Translations under genes and position numbers: made by a program
The notes under the pieces: model-generated
Seen by the model: only the letters and a program-made list of their open reading frames with translations
Databases searched by the model: none
Told to the model about the DNA's origin: nothing
Assembly (NCBI GenBank): GCA_018645865.1
Contig: JABGVU010000064.1
Location: 13,471 to 77,470 of the forward strand
Source of the DNA: Flavobacteriales bacterium
Lineage (GTDB): Bacteria > Bacteroidota > Bacteroidia > Flavobacteriales > BACL11
Direction: 5' to 3'
Length of the DNA: 64,000 nt
Shown here: positions 1 through 10,138 of the stretch, one piece after another
Position numbering within the stretch: the first letter of the stretch is position 1
Layout of the letters: the number at the start of each line of letters is the position of its first letter

Positions 1-106
1 GTGCAAAAACCCCAAGAAAATAAATAGATAAGTTTTTAATTATATTCTTTATACATTTAATTATTTATTTACTTTTACGCCCGATTTTAAGGCTATAAAA
101 AAGAAA

Positions 107-1129
107 ATGAAAAAGACTGTTTACAAACTAATTATTACATCTTTATTGATTACTATTTCGGGTGTAAATGTTTTTGCCGAAAGTCAGCCCGAAAAAAAAG
201 ATGGTTTTAATCCTACACCACAAATCCTACACCATATAGCAGACTCTTATGAATGGCATTTATGGGGAAATGTATCAATACCGTTGCCAGTCATTTTATA
301 CTCAGAAGGCAGTTTTGATGTTTTTATGTCATCTAGCTTTCATCATGGAAAATCAAAAGTTACTAAAGGGGATAGAGTATATAAGATTGAGCACCATCAT
401 ATAGTTGAGGAAAATGATAAAAAAATTATCAACCTTTCTATCACAAAAAATGTTGCCTCAATGATTTTATCTACCCTAATACTACTATTTATTTTAGGAA
501 AAACATCAAGAAGTTATAAAAGAAAAAAGAATGCACCTAAAGGTTTGCAGTCATTTTTAGAGCCTCTTATTTTGTTTGTGAGAGAAGATATTATAAAGTC
601 AAATGTTGGGCCAAAACACGAAAAATATGCTGTATTTTTATTGACAGTCTTCTTTTTTATATTAATCAACAATTTACTAGGACTAACACCAGGAGCGGCA
701 AATGTTACGGGTAATATTTCAGTAACTTTTGTGCTTTCAATGTTTACATTTGTTATTATTACTATCTCAGCGAATAAAGGATACTGGAAGCATCTTGTTA
801 AACCCCCAGGAACACCTATTGCTTTATTGCCAATTATGATTCCTATTGAAATATTTGGAGTTTTCACAAAGCCATTTGCTTTAATGATTCGGCTTTTTGC
901 AAATATTACTGCGGGGCATATTATAATATTTAGCTTAATATCTTTAATTTTTGTTGCATCAAATAATGGTGAAAATGTTGTTGCGGGCTGGTCTGTAGCG
1001 CCCATTTCGGTATTATTTGTTTTATTTATATTTCTAATAGAGATATTAGTAGCTTTTTTACAAGCATATATTTTTACACTACTGTCTGCTGTTTTTATAG
1101 GTTTGGCGGTAAAAGAGGAGAATCATTAA
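107..1129 (+). CDS. atpB: F0F1 ATP synthase subunit a
   Basis: 340-aa polytopic ORF with the a-subunit helix motif MIRLFANITAGH (conserved Arg). First gene of a contiguous atpB-E-F-H-A-G order. Confidence 0.93.
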   Translation: MKKTVYKLIITSLLITISGVNVFAESQPEKKDGFNPTPQILHHIADSYEWHLWGNVSIPLPVILYSEGSFDVFMSSSFHHGKSKVTKGDRVYKIEHHHIVEENDKKIINLSITKNVASMILSTLILLFILGKTSRSYKRKKNAPKGLQSFLEPLILFVREDIIKSNVGPKHEKYAVFLLTVFFFILINNLLGLTPGAANVTGNISVTFVLSMFTFVIITISANKGYWKHLVKPPGTPIALLPIMIPIEIFGVFTKPFALMIRLFANITAGHIIIFSLISLIFVASNNGENVVAGWSVAPISVLFVLFIFLIEILVAFLQAYIFTLLSAVFIGLAVKEENH

Positions 1130-1149
1130 TTATTAATAAATTTGTTTAA

Positions 1150-1374
<225 letters not shown>

Positions 1375-1402
1375 AATAACCAAATAGAGTTCAAAAAGAA
1401 TT

Positions 1403-1425
1403 CCCTGTCACGGTTGGTGGCAGGG
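1403..1425 (+). promoter_or_regulatory. GC-rich intercistronic stem-loop between atpE and atpF
   Basis: ccctgtcac/gtggcaggg forms a 9-bp stem (one G-U pair) with a 5-nt loop ggttg. No U-tract follows, so it is not a canonical intrinsic terminator. Confidence 0.5.
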
Positions 1426-1444
1426 ATTCACAAAAAATTAAATT

Positions 1445-1933
1445 ATGATAACATTTGATCCAGGATTAATTATTTGGACAACAATAATATTCACACTATT
1501 GTTAATTGTTTTAAAAAAATTCGCATGGAAACCAATTCTAACTGCGGTTGATGAAAGAAATAAAAGCATTGAAGACGCTTTAAAGTCAGCTGAAAAAGCT
1601 AAAGAAGAAATGCAAGCGCTTAATGCGGACAACGAAAGAATTTTAGCAGAAGCTAGGATTGAGAGAGATGTTTTGCTGAAGCAAGCAAGAGAAATGAAGG
1701 ATAAAATTGTAAGTGAAGCTAAGGATCAAGCAAATACTGAGGCAGACAAAATTTTACTTTCATCAAAAGAGCAAATCAATAACGAAAAACTAAAAGCGAT
1801 TACGGAACTTAAAAATCAAGTTGCTGACATGTCAATTGATATTGCTGAAAAGATTTTAAGGGCAGAACTTTCTGATTTAAATAAGCAAAAAGAATTAGTT
1901 ACCCAAGTATTAAAAAGCAACGGACTTAACTAG
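1445..1933 (+). CDS. atpF: F0F1 ATP synthase subunit b
   Basis: One N-terminal TM helix followed by a long charged helical region. Position between atpE and atpH. Confidence 0.9.
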   Translation: MITFDPGLIIWTTIIFTLLLIVLKKFAWKPILTAVDERNKSIEDALKSAEKAKEEMQALNADNERILAEARIERDVLLKQAREMKDKIVSEAKDQANTEADKILLSSKEQINNEKLKAITELKNQVADMSIDIAEKILRAELSDLNKQKELVTQVLKSNGLN

Positions 1934-1939
1934 TATATA

Positions 1940-2497
1940 ATGAAGCATTCAAGAGTAACAATACGATACGCAAAAGCTTTATTGCAACTAGCAATTGAGC
2001 AGAATATATTGGAGCAATCTTATATGGACATGGTATTGCTTGATTCTGTTTTTAAAGAAAATAAAGATCTTTCTTTATTGCTAAAAAGTCCTATTGTAAA
2101 GACCGATCAAAAACTAAATATATTCAAACAGATTTTTGGGTCAAAAATTGGAGAAGTTAGCATGGCCTTTATCAACATAATTACAACTAAGAAAAGAGAG
2201 AGTTTGCTTGCATTAATTGCAATTAGTTTTATTAGCTTATATAAAGAACATAACAAAATTGAAACTGCTTCAGTTACTACTGTAACCCCCTTGGATGAAA
2301 CATTAAGGGCGGAGGTAATTAATTTTATTAAAAAACATGGAAATAATAATGTTGAGTTGATCGAAAAGGTTGATGAAAACATTATTGGTGGCGCAATCAT
2401 TAGAATGGGAGATAAGCAATTAGATGCAAGTGTGTCAAAATCAATCTCAGAATTAAGACAATCATTTAACAGTAACCTGTATTTACAGGACTTCTAA
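1940..2497 (+). CDS. atpH: F0F1 ATP synthase subunit delta (OSCP)
   Basis: 185 aa, N-terminal [10 protein letters not shown]-type OSCP motif. Position between atpF and atpA. Confidence 0.88.
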   Translation: MKHSRVTIRYAKALLQLAIEQNILEQSYMDMVLLDSVFKENKDLSLLLKSPIVKTDQKLNIFKQIFGSKIGEVSMAFINIITTKKRESLLALIAISFISLYKEHNKIETASVTTVTPLDETLRAEVINFIKKHGNNNVELIEKVDENIIGGAIIRMGDKQLDASVSKSISELRQSFNSNLYLQDF

Positions 2498-2510
2498 AAA
2501 ACATAAAAAA

Positions 2511-4091
2511 ATGGCAGAAGTAAAACCAGCTGAAGTATCAGCAATTGTAAGACAACAATTATCAGGATTTAAATCTGAAGCAGAACTACAAGAAGTAGGG
2601 ACTGTATTACAGGTTGGAGATGGTATTGCTCGTATTTACGGGCTTACTAATGTTCAATCAGGTGAGTTAGTTGAATTCAAAAACGGACTAAAAGCAATTG
2701 TATTGAATCTTGAACAGGATAATGTTGGAGTTGTACTTCTAGGTCCATCAAAAGGGATTAAGGAAGGAGACACCGTAAAGAGAACAAAAAAAATTGCCTC
2801 TATTAATGTAGGTGAAGGTATGTTGGGTAGAGTTGTTGATGGAATGGGGAATCCTATTGATGGAAAAGGACCTATTGCTGGAACAACTTACGAAATGCCA
2901 ATTGAAAGAAAAGCGCCTGGTGTAATATACCGTCAACCAGTTGACGAGCCTTTACAAACAGGATTGAAAGCTGTTGATGCCATGATTCCTATAGGAAGAG
3001 GGCAAAGAGAGTTGATTATTGGAGATAGACAAACAGGTAAAACAGCTGTAGCTATTGATACTATTATCAATCAAAAAGAATTTTATGATAAAGGAGAGCC
3101 TGTATTCTGTATTTATGTTGCAATTGGACAAAAAGCATCTACAGTAGCAGGACTAGTTGATACTTTAGAAAAAGCAGGATCCTTACCATATACTGTAATT
3201 GTTGCAGCAAGTGCTTCCGACCCTGCTCCAATGCAGTTTTATGCACCATTAACAGGAGCATCAATTGGTGAGTTCTTTAGAGATACCGGTCGTCCAGCAT
3301 TGATTGTATTTGATGATTTATCAAAACAAGCAGTTGCTTACCGTGAGGTGTCTTTATTGTTAAGAAGACCTCCAGGACGTGAGGCTTATCCTGGAGATGT
3401 ATTTTATTTACATTCCAGGTTATTAGAACGTGCTGCAAAAGTTATTAATGATGATACTATTGCTTCACAAATGAATGACTTGCCAGAATCCTTAAAAGGA
3501 ATTGTAAAGGGAGGAGGTTCATTAACAGCATTACCAATTATTGAAACACAAGCAGGTGATGTATCAGCTTATATTCCTACTAATGTAATTTCAATTACAG
3601 ATGGTCAAATATTCTTAGAATCTAATTTATTCTTATCAGGTGTTCGCCCTGCAATTAATGTTGGTATTTCGGTATCAAGAGTTGGTGGTGCAGCACAAAT
3701 CAAGTCAATGAAAAAAATTTCAGGCACTTTAAAATTGGATCAAGCACAATATAGAGAGCTTGAAGCTTTTGCTAAGTTTGGTTCTGATTTAGATGCGGCA
3801 ACTAATGCAGTAATTGAAAAAGGAAAACGTAATGTTGAAATTTTAAAGCAAGGACAATACTCACCTTTAAGAGTGGAAGAGCAGGCTGTAATTATTTACT
3901 GTGGTACAAACGGTTTATTAATGAATGTCCCTGTAAATAAAATAAAAGAATTTGAAGAAGAGTATCTGGCATTTCTACATGCTAAACATCAAGATGTATT
4001 AGATGCTTTAGCTGTAGGAAAATTATCAGATGAAATTAAATCAACTTTAGAGTCTGTAGCTGCGGATTTGTCTTCTAAATATGCAAAATAA
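2511..4091 (+). CDS. atpA: F0F1 ATP synthase subunit alpha
   Basis: 526 aa, Walker A GDRQTGKT, strongly conserved alpha-subunit sequence throughout. Confidence 0.98.
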   Translation: MAEVKPAEVSAIVRQQLSGFKSEAELQEVGTVLQVGDGIARIYGLTNVQSGELVEFKNGLKAIVLNLEQDNVGVVLLGPSKGIKEGDTVKRTKKIASINVGEGMLGRVVDGMGNPIDGKGPIAGTTYEMPIERKAPGVIYRQPVDEPLQTGLKAVDAMIPIGRGQRELIIGDRQTGKTAVAIDTIINQKEFYDKGEPVFCIYVAIGQKASTVAGLVDTLEKAGSLPYTVIVAASASDPAPMQFYAPLTGASIGEFFRDTGRPALIVFDDLSKQAVAYREVSLLLRRPPGREAYPGDVFYLHSRLLERAAKVINDDTIASQMNDLPESLKGIVKGGGSLTALPIIETQAGDVSAYIPTNVISITDGQIFLESNLFLSGVRPAINVGISVSRVGGAAQIKSMKKISGTLKLDQAQYRELEAFAKFGSDLDAATNAVIEKGKRNVEILKQGQYSPLRVEEQAVIIYCGTNGLLMNVPVNKIKEFEEEYLAFLHAKHQDVLDALAVGKLSDEIKSTLESVAADLSSKYAK

Positions 4092-4094
4092 GCA

Positions 4095-4958
4095 ATGGCT
4101 AACTTAAAAGAAATAAGGTTAAGAATTACATCTGTTGGGGCAACTATGCAGATTACTTCTGCAATGAAAATGGTGTCTGCAGCTAAGCTTAAAAGAGCGC
4201 AAGATGCAATCATTCAAATGCGACCTTATGCGAATAAATTGACTGAATTATTAAAGAATTTAAGCTCTAGTTTAGATAATTCTTGTGGCGGAGTATATAC
4301 TCAGGAGCGTGAAATTAAGAATGTGCTTTTAGTGACCATTACTTCTAACAGAGGTTTGTGTGGTGGTTTTAATGCCTACATTATGAAAAAAGCAAAGACT
4401 CTGATTAATGAAGAGTATGCTAATGCTAACGTGAATATTTTATCAATCGGTAAAAAATCTTCCGAGCATTTTACCAAGAATGGTTTTAATGTTGCTAATA
4501 CACATGACGCTTTGTTTGGAGATCTTACATTTACCAATGTTGCCAATGTTGCAGAAGAGATTATGGAGCAGTTTGTTGAGGGTGATTATGACAAAGTTGT
4601 GTTGGTTTATAATCATTTTAAGAATGCAGCAACTCAAATTATTATGACTGAAAACTTTTTGCCTGTTCAGGCAACTGAAAATGAAGATTCAGTTGTTGTT
4701 GATTATATTTTTGAACCAAACAAAGAAGAAATTGTTGAACAGTTGATTCCAAAATCATTAAAAACTCAATTGTTTAAAGCGGTTTTAGATTCTCATGCCG
4801 CTGAGCATGGTGCAAGAATGACTGCAATGCATAAGGCTACTGATAATGCATCAGAACTTAAGAAAGATTTAACATTGACATATAATAAAGCGCGTCAAGC
4901 AGCAATTACAGGTGAAATCCTTGAGATTGTAGGGGGTGCTGAAGCTTTAAGCGAATAA
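4095..4958 (+). CDS. atpG: F0F1 ATP synthase subunit gamma
   Basis: 287 aa. N-terminal MANLKEIRLRITSV...TSAMKMVSAAKL and C-terminal ITGEILEIVGGAEAL are gamma hallmarks. Confidence 0.96.
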   Translation: MANLKEIRLRITSVGATMQITSAMKMVSAAKLKRAQDAIIQMRPYANKLTELLKNLSSSLDNSCGGVYTQEREIKNVLLVTITSNRGLCGGFNAYIMKKAKTLINEEYANANVNILSIGKKSSEHFTKNGFNVANTHDALFGDLTFTNVANVAEEIMEQFVEGDYDKVVLVYNHFKNAATQIIMTENFLPVQATENEDSVVVDYIFEPNKEEIVEQLIPKSLKTQLFKAVLDSHAAEHGARMTAMHKATDNASELKKDLTLTYNKARQAAITGEILEIVGGAEALSE

Positions 4959-4980
4959 ATAATATTGAAATAGAATTGTT

Positions 4981-5011
4981 AAAAACCCTCTTCCTCGGAA
5001 GGGGGTTTTTT
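4981..5011 (+). terminator. Rho-independent terminator after atpG (A-tract / hairpin / T-tract, potentially bidirectional)
   Basis: aaaaa-ccctcttc-ctcg-gaaggggg-tttttt: 8-bp GC-rich stem (one G-U pair), tetraloop, T6 tail. Lies 23 nt after the atpG stop. Confidence 0.85.
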
Positions 5012-5033
5012 ATTCATAATCATTAGAATCTGT

Positions 5034-5041
5034 TATATTTG
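5034..5041 (+). promoter_or_regulatory. Bacteroidota-type -7 promoter box TATATTTG upstream of the crotonase gene
   Basis: Exact TAnnTTTG match, 15 nt before the ATG at 5057 and downstream of the atpG terminator. No clear -33 TTG. Confidence 0.45.
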
Positions 5042-5056
5042 TAAAAACTAAAAATC

Positions 5057-5830
5057 ATGATTTACGATAATATATTAAGTGAGAATAAAGAAAGTATTTG
5101 TTACATCACTATCAATCGTCCAAAGCAATTGAATGCTTTAAATGGAGCTACTATTAGTGAATTAAACCAAGCTATTAGTGCTGCTGATAAGAATACAGTT
5201 GTAAGATGTATTGTTTTAACCGGTGCGGACACTAAGGCTTTTGTAGCTGGTGCTGATATTAAAGAATTTGCTACTTTTAATAAAAATTCAGGAGAAAAAT
5301 TAGCTAGGAAAGGTCAAGAATTATTATTTGATTTATTGGAAAACGCTTCTACCCCATCTATAGCTGCCGTTAATGGTTTTGCGCTTGGTGGTGGATTGGA
5401 ATTAGCAATGGCCTGTCATATTCGTATTGCATCAGATAATGCTAAAATGGGTCTTCCTGAGGTTTCCTTGGGTGTTATTCCAGGTTATGGTGGTACACAA
5501 AGGTTAGCTAGTTTAGTAGGAAAAGGAAAGGCTATGGAAATGATAACTACGGCAGGCATGTTATCGGCTACTGAGGCAAAAGAATGGGGTTTAATAAATC
5601 ATGTTTGCTCGCAAGAAGAGTTAATGCCTATGGCTAAAAAATTAGCATCAAAAATTAAGTGTAATTCCCCTATGGCAATTGCTAAGGCAATAAAATCGAT
5701 CAATGCTGGTTTTACTGATGGCGTAAATGGTTTTGAGGTTGAAATATCAGAATTTGGTTCTTGTTTTGAAACGCTAGAGTTTGTTGAAGGAACTACTGCA
5801 TTTATGGAAAAAAGAAAAGCAAAATTTTAA
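5057..5830 (+). CDS. enoyl-CoA hydratase/isomerase (crotonase) family protein
   Basis: 257 aa. Crotonase oxyanion-hole and catalytic region FVAGADI...GFALGGGLELAMACHIRIAS...GLPEVSLGVIPG. Confidence 0.9.
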   Translation: MIYDNILSENKESICYITINRPKQLNALNGATISELNQAISAADKNTVVRCIVLTGADTKAFVAGADIKEFATFNKNSGEKLARKGQELLFDLLENASTPSIAAVNGFALGGGLELAMACHIRIASDNAKMGLPEVSLGVIPGYGGTQRLASLVGKGKAMEMITTAGMLSATEAKEWGLINHVCSQEELMPMAKKLASKIKCNSPMAIAKAIKSINAGFTDGVNGFEVEISEFGSCFETLEFVEGTTAFMEKRKAKF

Positions 5831-7231
5831 TTGAATCCACTTAAAAAATTAGCGAGTCAAACTGCAATTTATGGTTTGAGTAGTGTGATAGGCAGGCTAT
5901 TGAATTACCTACTCGTTCCTCTTTATACTCGTTATTTTTTACCAGCTGAATATGGAGTGGTTACTGAGCTTTATGCTTATGTCGCTTTCTTGGTTGTCAT
6001 GTTAACTTATGGCATGGAAACTTCATTTTTTAGATTTTCCAAAAAGGAAGAAACAATCAAAGTGTATAGTACAACATTAATTTCTTTACTAATATCTTCT
6101 GCTGTATTTATAAGTTTAATATTTCTGAATTCAAGTGCAATTTCTCAATGGCTGGGTTACGCTAATTATCCTGAATACATTCAATTTTTTGCTTTAATTA
6201 TTGGAATGGATGCTGTTGCTTCTATTTCATTCGCAAAATTAAGAGAGCAGGATAAAGCAATGCGTTTTGCTTTTATCAGGATCATAAATATTATGGTTAA
6301 TATTGGGCTGAATTTATATTTCATAATCTACCAAGAATATGGAATAGCTTATATTTTTATTGCTAACTTAGTAGCTTCAGCTATTACACTGGTAATGCTT
6401 TTTCCAGAAATGATAAGCTCATCTTGGATATTTGATAAAAAGTTATGGAAAAAAATGATGATTTATGCTTTACCTCTTCTTATTGCGGGTTTAGCAGGAA
6501 TGACCAATGAAACTATTGATAGAATTTTATTAAAATACTTACTCCCTAACACTGATATGGCGGCTTCTGAATTAGGTTTGTATGGGGCTTTTTACAAACT
6601 ATCCATTATCATGATACTCTTTATTCAAACTTTTAGATTTGCGGCTGAACCTTTCTTTTTTGCACAAGAAAAAGAAGAAAGCGGTAGGAAAATATATGCT
6701 GATGTCATGAAATACTTTATCATTATTATGGCAATTATATTTTTAGGTGTTACTATTTTTTATGATGTTATAAAAGGATTTTTAGGCAGTAAATATCATG
6801 ATGAAAGAGGATTTCTAGTTGTGTCAATTTTATTGTTGGCTAATTTGTTTTTAGGAATTTATTATAACTTGTCTATTTGGTATAAGCTTACTGGAAAAAC
6901 AAAATATGGCGCTTACCTTTCTATTTTTGGTGCAATTATTACGCTTTCTCTTAACTTTACTCTTATCCCTGTGCTTGGTTTTATTGGCTGTGCTTGGGCT
7001 ACTTTAGTTTGTTATTTTAGTATGACTGTTGCTTCTTATTATTTAGGTAAAAGATACTTCTCTGTTCCTTATCAAGTAAAAAGAATTTTATTGTATTTGT
7101 TTGGTATGCTTTGCGTCTATTTCTGTATTTATTTCACCAACTCAAATATGTGGATTAATTCTTTATTCTTATTAGGATTTGTCATATTTGTCTTTTGTTT
7201 AGAAAACCCCAAATTAGCATTAAAATTATGA
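5831..7231 (+). CDS. oligosaccharide/polysaccharide flippase family membrane protein (Wzx/MOP-type)
   Basis: 466 aa, about 12-14 predicted TM helices, N-terminal [26 protein letters not shown] typical of polysaccharide biosynthesis (MOP) proteins. TTG start directly after the crotonase stop. Confidence 0.7.
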   Translation: MNPLKKLASQTAIYGLSSVIGRLLNYLLVPLYTRYFLPAEYGVVTELYAYVAFLVVMLTYGMETSFFRFSKKEETIKVYSTTLISLLISSAVFISLIFLNSSAISQWLGYANYPEYIQFFALIIGMDAVASISFAKLREQDKAMRFAFIRIINIMVNIGLNLYFIIYQEYGIAYIFIANLVASAITLVMLFPEMISSSWIFDKKLWKKMMIYALPLLIAGLAGMTNETIDRILLKYLLPNTDMAASELGLYGAFYKLSIIMILFIQTFRFAAEPFFFAQEKEESGRKIYADVMKYFIIIMAIIFLGVTIFYDVIKGFLGSKYHDERGFLVVSILLLANLFLGIYYNLSIWYKLTGKTKYGAYLSIFGAIITLSLNFTLIPVLGFIGCAWATLVCYFSMTVASYYLGKRYFSVPYQVKRILLYLFGMLCVYFCIYFTNSNMWINSLFLLGFVIFVFCLENPKLALKL

Positions 7232-7662
7232 ATGTAAAAGTTATAAATAAATCAAAACATGCATTGCCTCATTATTCTACAATCGCTTCCGCCGGAATGG
7301 ATTTAAGAGCAAATATTGAAGTGTCAATTTCTTTAAAACCATTAGAAAGAAAGATTGTAAAGACAGGAATTTTTATTGAGTTGCCAGTAGGTTTTGAAGC
7401 GCAAGTTCGTCCTAGAAGTGGCTTGGCATTTAAAAAAGGGATTACTGTACTAAATTCTCCTGGTACAATTGATGCTGATTATAGAGGGGAGGTAGGTGTG
7501 ATTTTGATAAATCTATCATCTGAAGAATTTATAATTAAAGATGGTGAGCGTATTGCTCAAATGGTAATTGCTAAACACGAACAGGCGTATTGGATAGAAG
7601 TTGAAACATTAGAGAATTCAGAAAGAGGTGCTGGTGGTTTTGGAAGTACAGGTGTAAAATAA
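7228..7662 (+). CDS. dut: dUTP diphosphatase
   Basis: dUTPase motifs [24 protein letters not shown], and a C-terminal GGFGSTG. Start trimmed to the ATG at 7228, which overlaps the flippase stop (ATGA). Confidence 0.95.
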   Translation: MNVKVINKSKHALPHYSTIASAGMDLRANIEVSISLKPLERKIVKTGIFIELPVGFEAQVRPRSGLAFKKGITVLNSPGTIDADYRGEVGVILINLSSEEFIIKDGERIAQMVIAKHEQAYWIEVETLENSERGAGGFGSTGVK

Positions 7663-7665
7663 AAA

Positions 7666-9408
7666 ATGAAAAAAGGAATAATAATTATATTGTGTCTATT
7701 GAATGTGCAGGCTTTTGCACAATGGAAATCTTATTATCCCGAAGGAAAAAGTAAAAATAATAAGGAAGTTAAAAAAAAAATTGATAAGGATAATTTGATG
7801 TTTGACACCTATTTTTTTAATGCTTTAAAAACAAAATCTTTAGAGAATTATGAAGAAGCTTTAGATCAGTTTCAAAAGTGCATAAAAATGGATGATAAAC
7901 AAGCGGTTCCATTTTATGAGTCAGCATTGATAAATAAGAGGTTAGGAAATTTAAATTTAGCAGTTGAACAAGCCAAAATTACTGTAGAGCTAGAGGGAAA
8001 TAACAGATGGTATCAGCTTAATTATGCGGAGGTTTTATTTGCGAATCAGGATTTTAAGTCAGCATCAATTGAGTATAAAAAACTGTTGCTTATAGAGCCT
8101 GGAAATAAAGAATTATATTTCCTGTTGGCTGACATGTATATTTATGATAATGATTTCTTGAAAGCGATTGATATTTATAATGATTTAGAGCAGATAAAGG
8201 GAATCGATAAGATGGTTTCCATGCAGAAGCATAAGCTGTATATGCAATTGGGAAAAAAGAAATATGCAATAAAGGAGTTGAAAAATTTGCTAGAAAAATT
8301 TCCAAATGAAGTTGAGGCTTTAGATATTTTATCAGAAGTATATTTATTGAATGATGAAAAAGAAAAAGCATTTGATATTTTTAGACAATTAGCGATTATT
8401 GCACCTGAAAATGGACGAATTCATTTAACCTTAGCCGACTATTATCGTGAACAAGGCGATAACATGAAATCTTTTGAAGAGTTAAAATTAGCTTTTAAAA
8501 GTATAAAATTAGGTGTTGATGTTAAGGTAAGAATTCTTGCTTCCTACTTCCAATTGCTTGCTGTAAATGACATTATGAAAGAGCAGGCATATACTTTAGC
8601 AAAACTGTTAATGGAGACTCATCCTAATGAAGTAAAGCCTAATGCTGTTTATGCCGATATACTCTACACGGATAATCGTTTTGCTGAAGCCAAAGAGCAG
8701 TATTTAATTGTTTTGGAAAAGGATAAAACTAAAAGTGAATTTTGGAGTCAAGTATTATTTATTCAGGCAGAACAGAGAGATTTTGAGGGAATGCTTAAAA
8801 TAAGTGAGGATGCTCTAACCTATTTTTCGACTGAACCATTATTTTATTATTTTAATGGAGTTGCTAGTAAGTGGTTTGAAAATTATGATCAAGCTATCAA
8901 TTCTTTAAACATGGGAGTTGAATTTGTTTTGGATAATAACATGTTATTGTTAGAGTTTTATTCTTCATTGGCTGATTCTTACCATGCAATTAAAGAACAT
9001 AAATTATCTGACGAATATTATGAAAAGTCACTTGAAATTGATTCCAATAATGTTTTAATCCTTAATAATTACGCATACTATCTTTCTCTTAGAAAGATAA
9101 AGTTAGAGAAAGCAAAAAAAATGTCGTACAAATGCAATAAATTGGAGAAAGATAATGGCACTTATCAGGATACTTATGCTTGGATTTTATATGAGTTAGG
9201 AGATTATGAACAAGCAAAAATTTGGATTCAAAAATCATTGGCTAATGGGAGTGATATGAGTGCAGTTGTGGTAGAACACTATGGTGATATTTTATATCAA
9301 TTAGGGAATGTAGAAGATGCAATTATTGAATGGGAAAAAGCCAGAAAACTAGGAAATCCAAGTAAATTTTTAGATAAAAAAATAGAGGAAGGTAAGTTGT
9401 ATGAATAG
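7666..9408 (+). CDS. TPR-repeat protein with signal peptide
   Basis: 580 aa. N-terminal signal (LLNVQAFAQ), then repeated 34-residue A/Y/L-patterned TPR units along the whole length. Confidence 0.8.
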   Translation: MKKGIIIILCLLNVQAFAQWKSYYPEGKSKNNKEVKKKIDKDNLMFDTYFFNALKTKSLENYEEALDQFQKCIKMDDKQAVPFYESALINKRLGNLNLAVEQAKITVELEGNNRWYQLNYAEVLFANQDFKSASIEYKKLLLIEPGNKELYFLLADMYIYDNDFLKAIDIYNDLEQIKGIDKMVSMQKHKLYMQLGKKKYAIKELKNLLEKFPNEVEALDILSEVYLLNDEKEKAFDIFRQLAIIAPENGRIHLTLADYYREQGDNMKSFEELKLAFKSIKLGVDVKVRILASYFQLLAVNDIMKEQAYTLAKLLMETHPNEVKPNAVYADILYTDNRFAEAKEQYLIVLEKDKTKSEFWSQVLFIQAEQRDFEGMLKISEDALTYFSTEPLFYYFNGVASKWFENYDQAINSLNMGVEFVLDNNMLLLEFYSSLADSYHAIKEHKLSDEYYEKSLEIDSNNVLILNNYAYYLSLRKIKLEKAKKMSYKCNKLEKDNGTYQDTYAWILYELGDYEQAKIWIQKSLANGSDMSAVVVEHYGDILYQLGNVEDAIIEWEKARKLGNPSKFLDKKIEEGKLYE

Positions 9409-10138
9409 GATAGCACTATATTTATTTTGTATTTTGTTTGCATCATCCTGTGTTACAAAAAATGTTGCTGAGGTTGATTTCTCTATACCTCCCAAAAATG
9501 CAAAAGAATTAATTGCAAAGGTAAATTCAAAGAATAAATCTACTGAGTGGTTGGCGTTAAAAGGTGAGATTAGCTTAACGCTTGAAAAAGAAAATGAAGT
9601 TTCATTAGGAATTTCAATTAGAGTTCGAAAGGATAGTCTTATTTGGGCCTCTGTTACTGCCCCTTTTGGTATTGAACTGTTCAGAGCAGTATTAACTAAG
9701 GATTCGATATATTATATCAATCGTGCAGACAAGACTTATTTTGTAAAACCAATCAATCACATTTCTAAAATAATAAAAACAGATATTGCTTTTAAAGAAA
9801 TACAGGAACTGATAACGGCTAACCCTAAAATTGTAAAGAAGAAATATTCTTTTAATAAGACCAATGATGATTTCTTATTAAGCACGCAAGGCTATATTTA
9901 TACTATTTCTAATTTCTACAGAATACGGAAAGGGATTCTTATTGATAAGGAAAAGAGTTTAACATATACCTATAGCAACTTTATTTTTGAGAATGATTTT
10001 CCTGAACAGTTAGAGATTCTGGTAAAATCGCCTTCTGAAAGTGTGTTTAATTTAAAATTAAACTATTCCAAATTAGTTTTTGACGTGCAACCCAAAATAC
10101 CTTTTAAAATACCAAGCTCTTATGTTGATTCAGAATAA
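9401..10138 (+). CDS. lipoprotein, DUF4292-like (LolB-like fold family)
   Basis: 245 aa. Lipobox-like FASSC signal. Overlaps the TPR gene stop by 8 nt. Family name recalled from the conserved dut-TPR-DUF4292-M23 order in Flavobacteriia, not searched. Confidence 0.6.
   Translation: MNRIALYLFCILFASSCVTKNVAEVDFSIPPKNAKELIAKVNSKNKSTEWLALKGEISLTLEKENEVSLGISIRVRKDSLIWASVTAPFGIELFRAVLTKDSIYYINRADKTYFVKPINHISKIIKTDIAFKEIQELITANPKIVKKKYSFNKTNDDFLLSTQGYIYTISNFYRIRKGILIDKEKSLTYTYSNFIFENDFPEQLEILVKSPSESVFNLKLNYSKLVFDVQPKIPFKIPSSYVDSE

Noticed and set aside
1-27. Possible 3-prime end of an upstream ORF (gtg caa aaa ccc caa gaa aat aaa tag) at the window edge.
   Set aside because: Only eight codons are visible. 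The frame, strand and identity cannot be supported.
7195-7227. Longer starts offered by the ORF track for dut (7195), the EnvC-like gene (10080, TTG), the PD40/OmpA gene (19701, TTG), the S41 peptidase (52253) and the adhesin (15080, GTG).
   Set aside because: In each case a downstream ATG gives a canonical N-terminus or signal peptide. It also gives a tidy stop/start junction with the upstream gene.
7771-7780. A10 run in the TPR gene, a T10 run at 34288-34297 in recO and a T9 run in the adhesin signal peptide, considered as phase-variation tracts.
   Set aside because: A/T homopolymers encoding Lys or Phe runs are expected by composition in an AT-rich genome. They occur in housekeeping genes such as recO, unlike the compositionally unexpected G9 and G8 runs.
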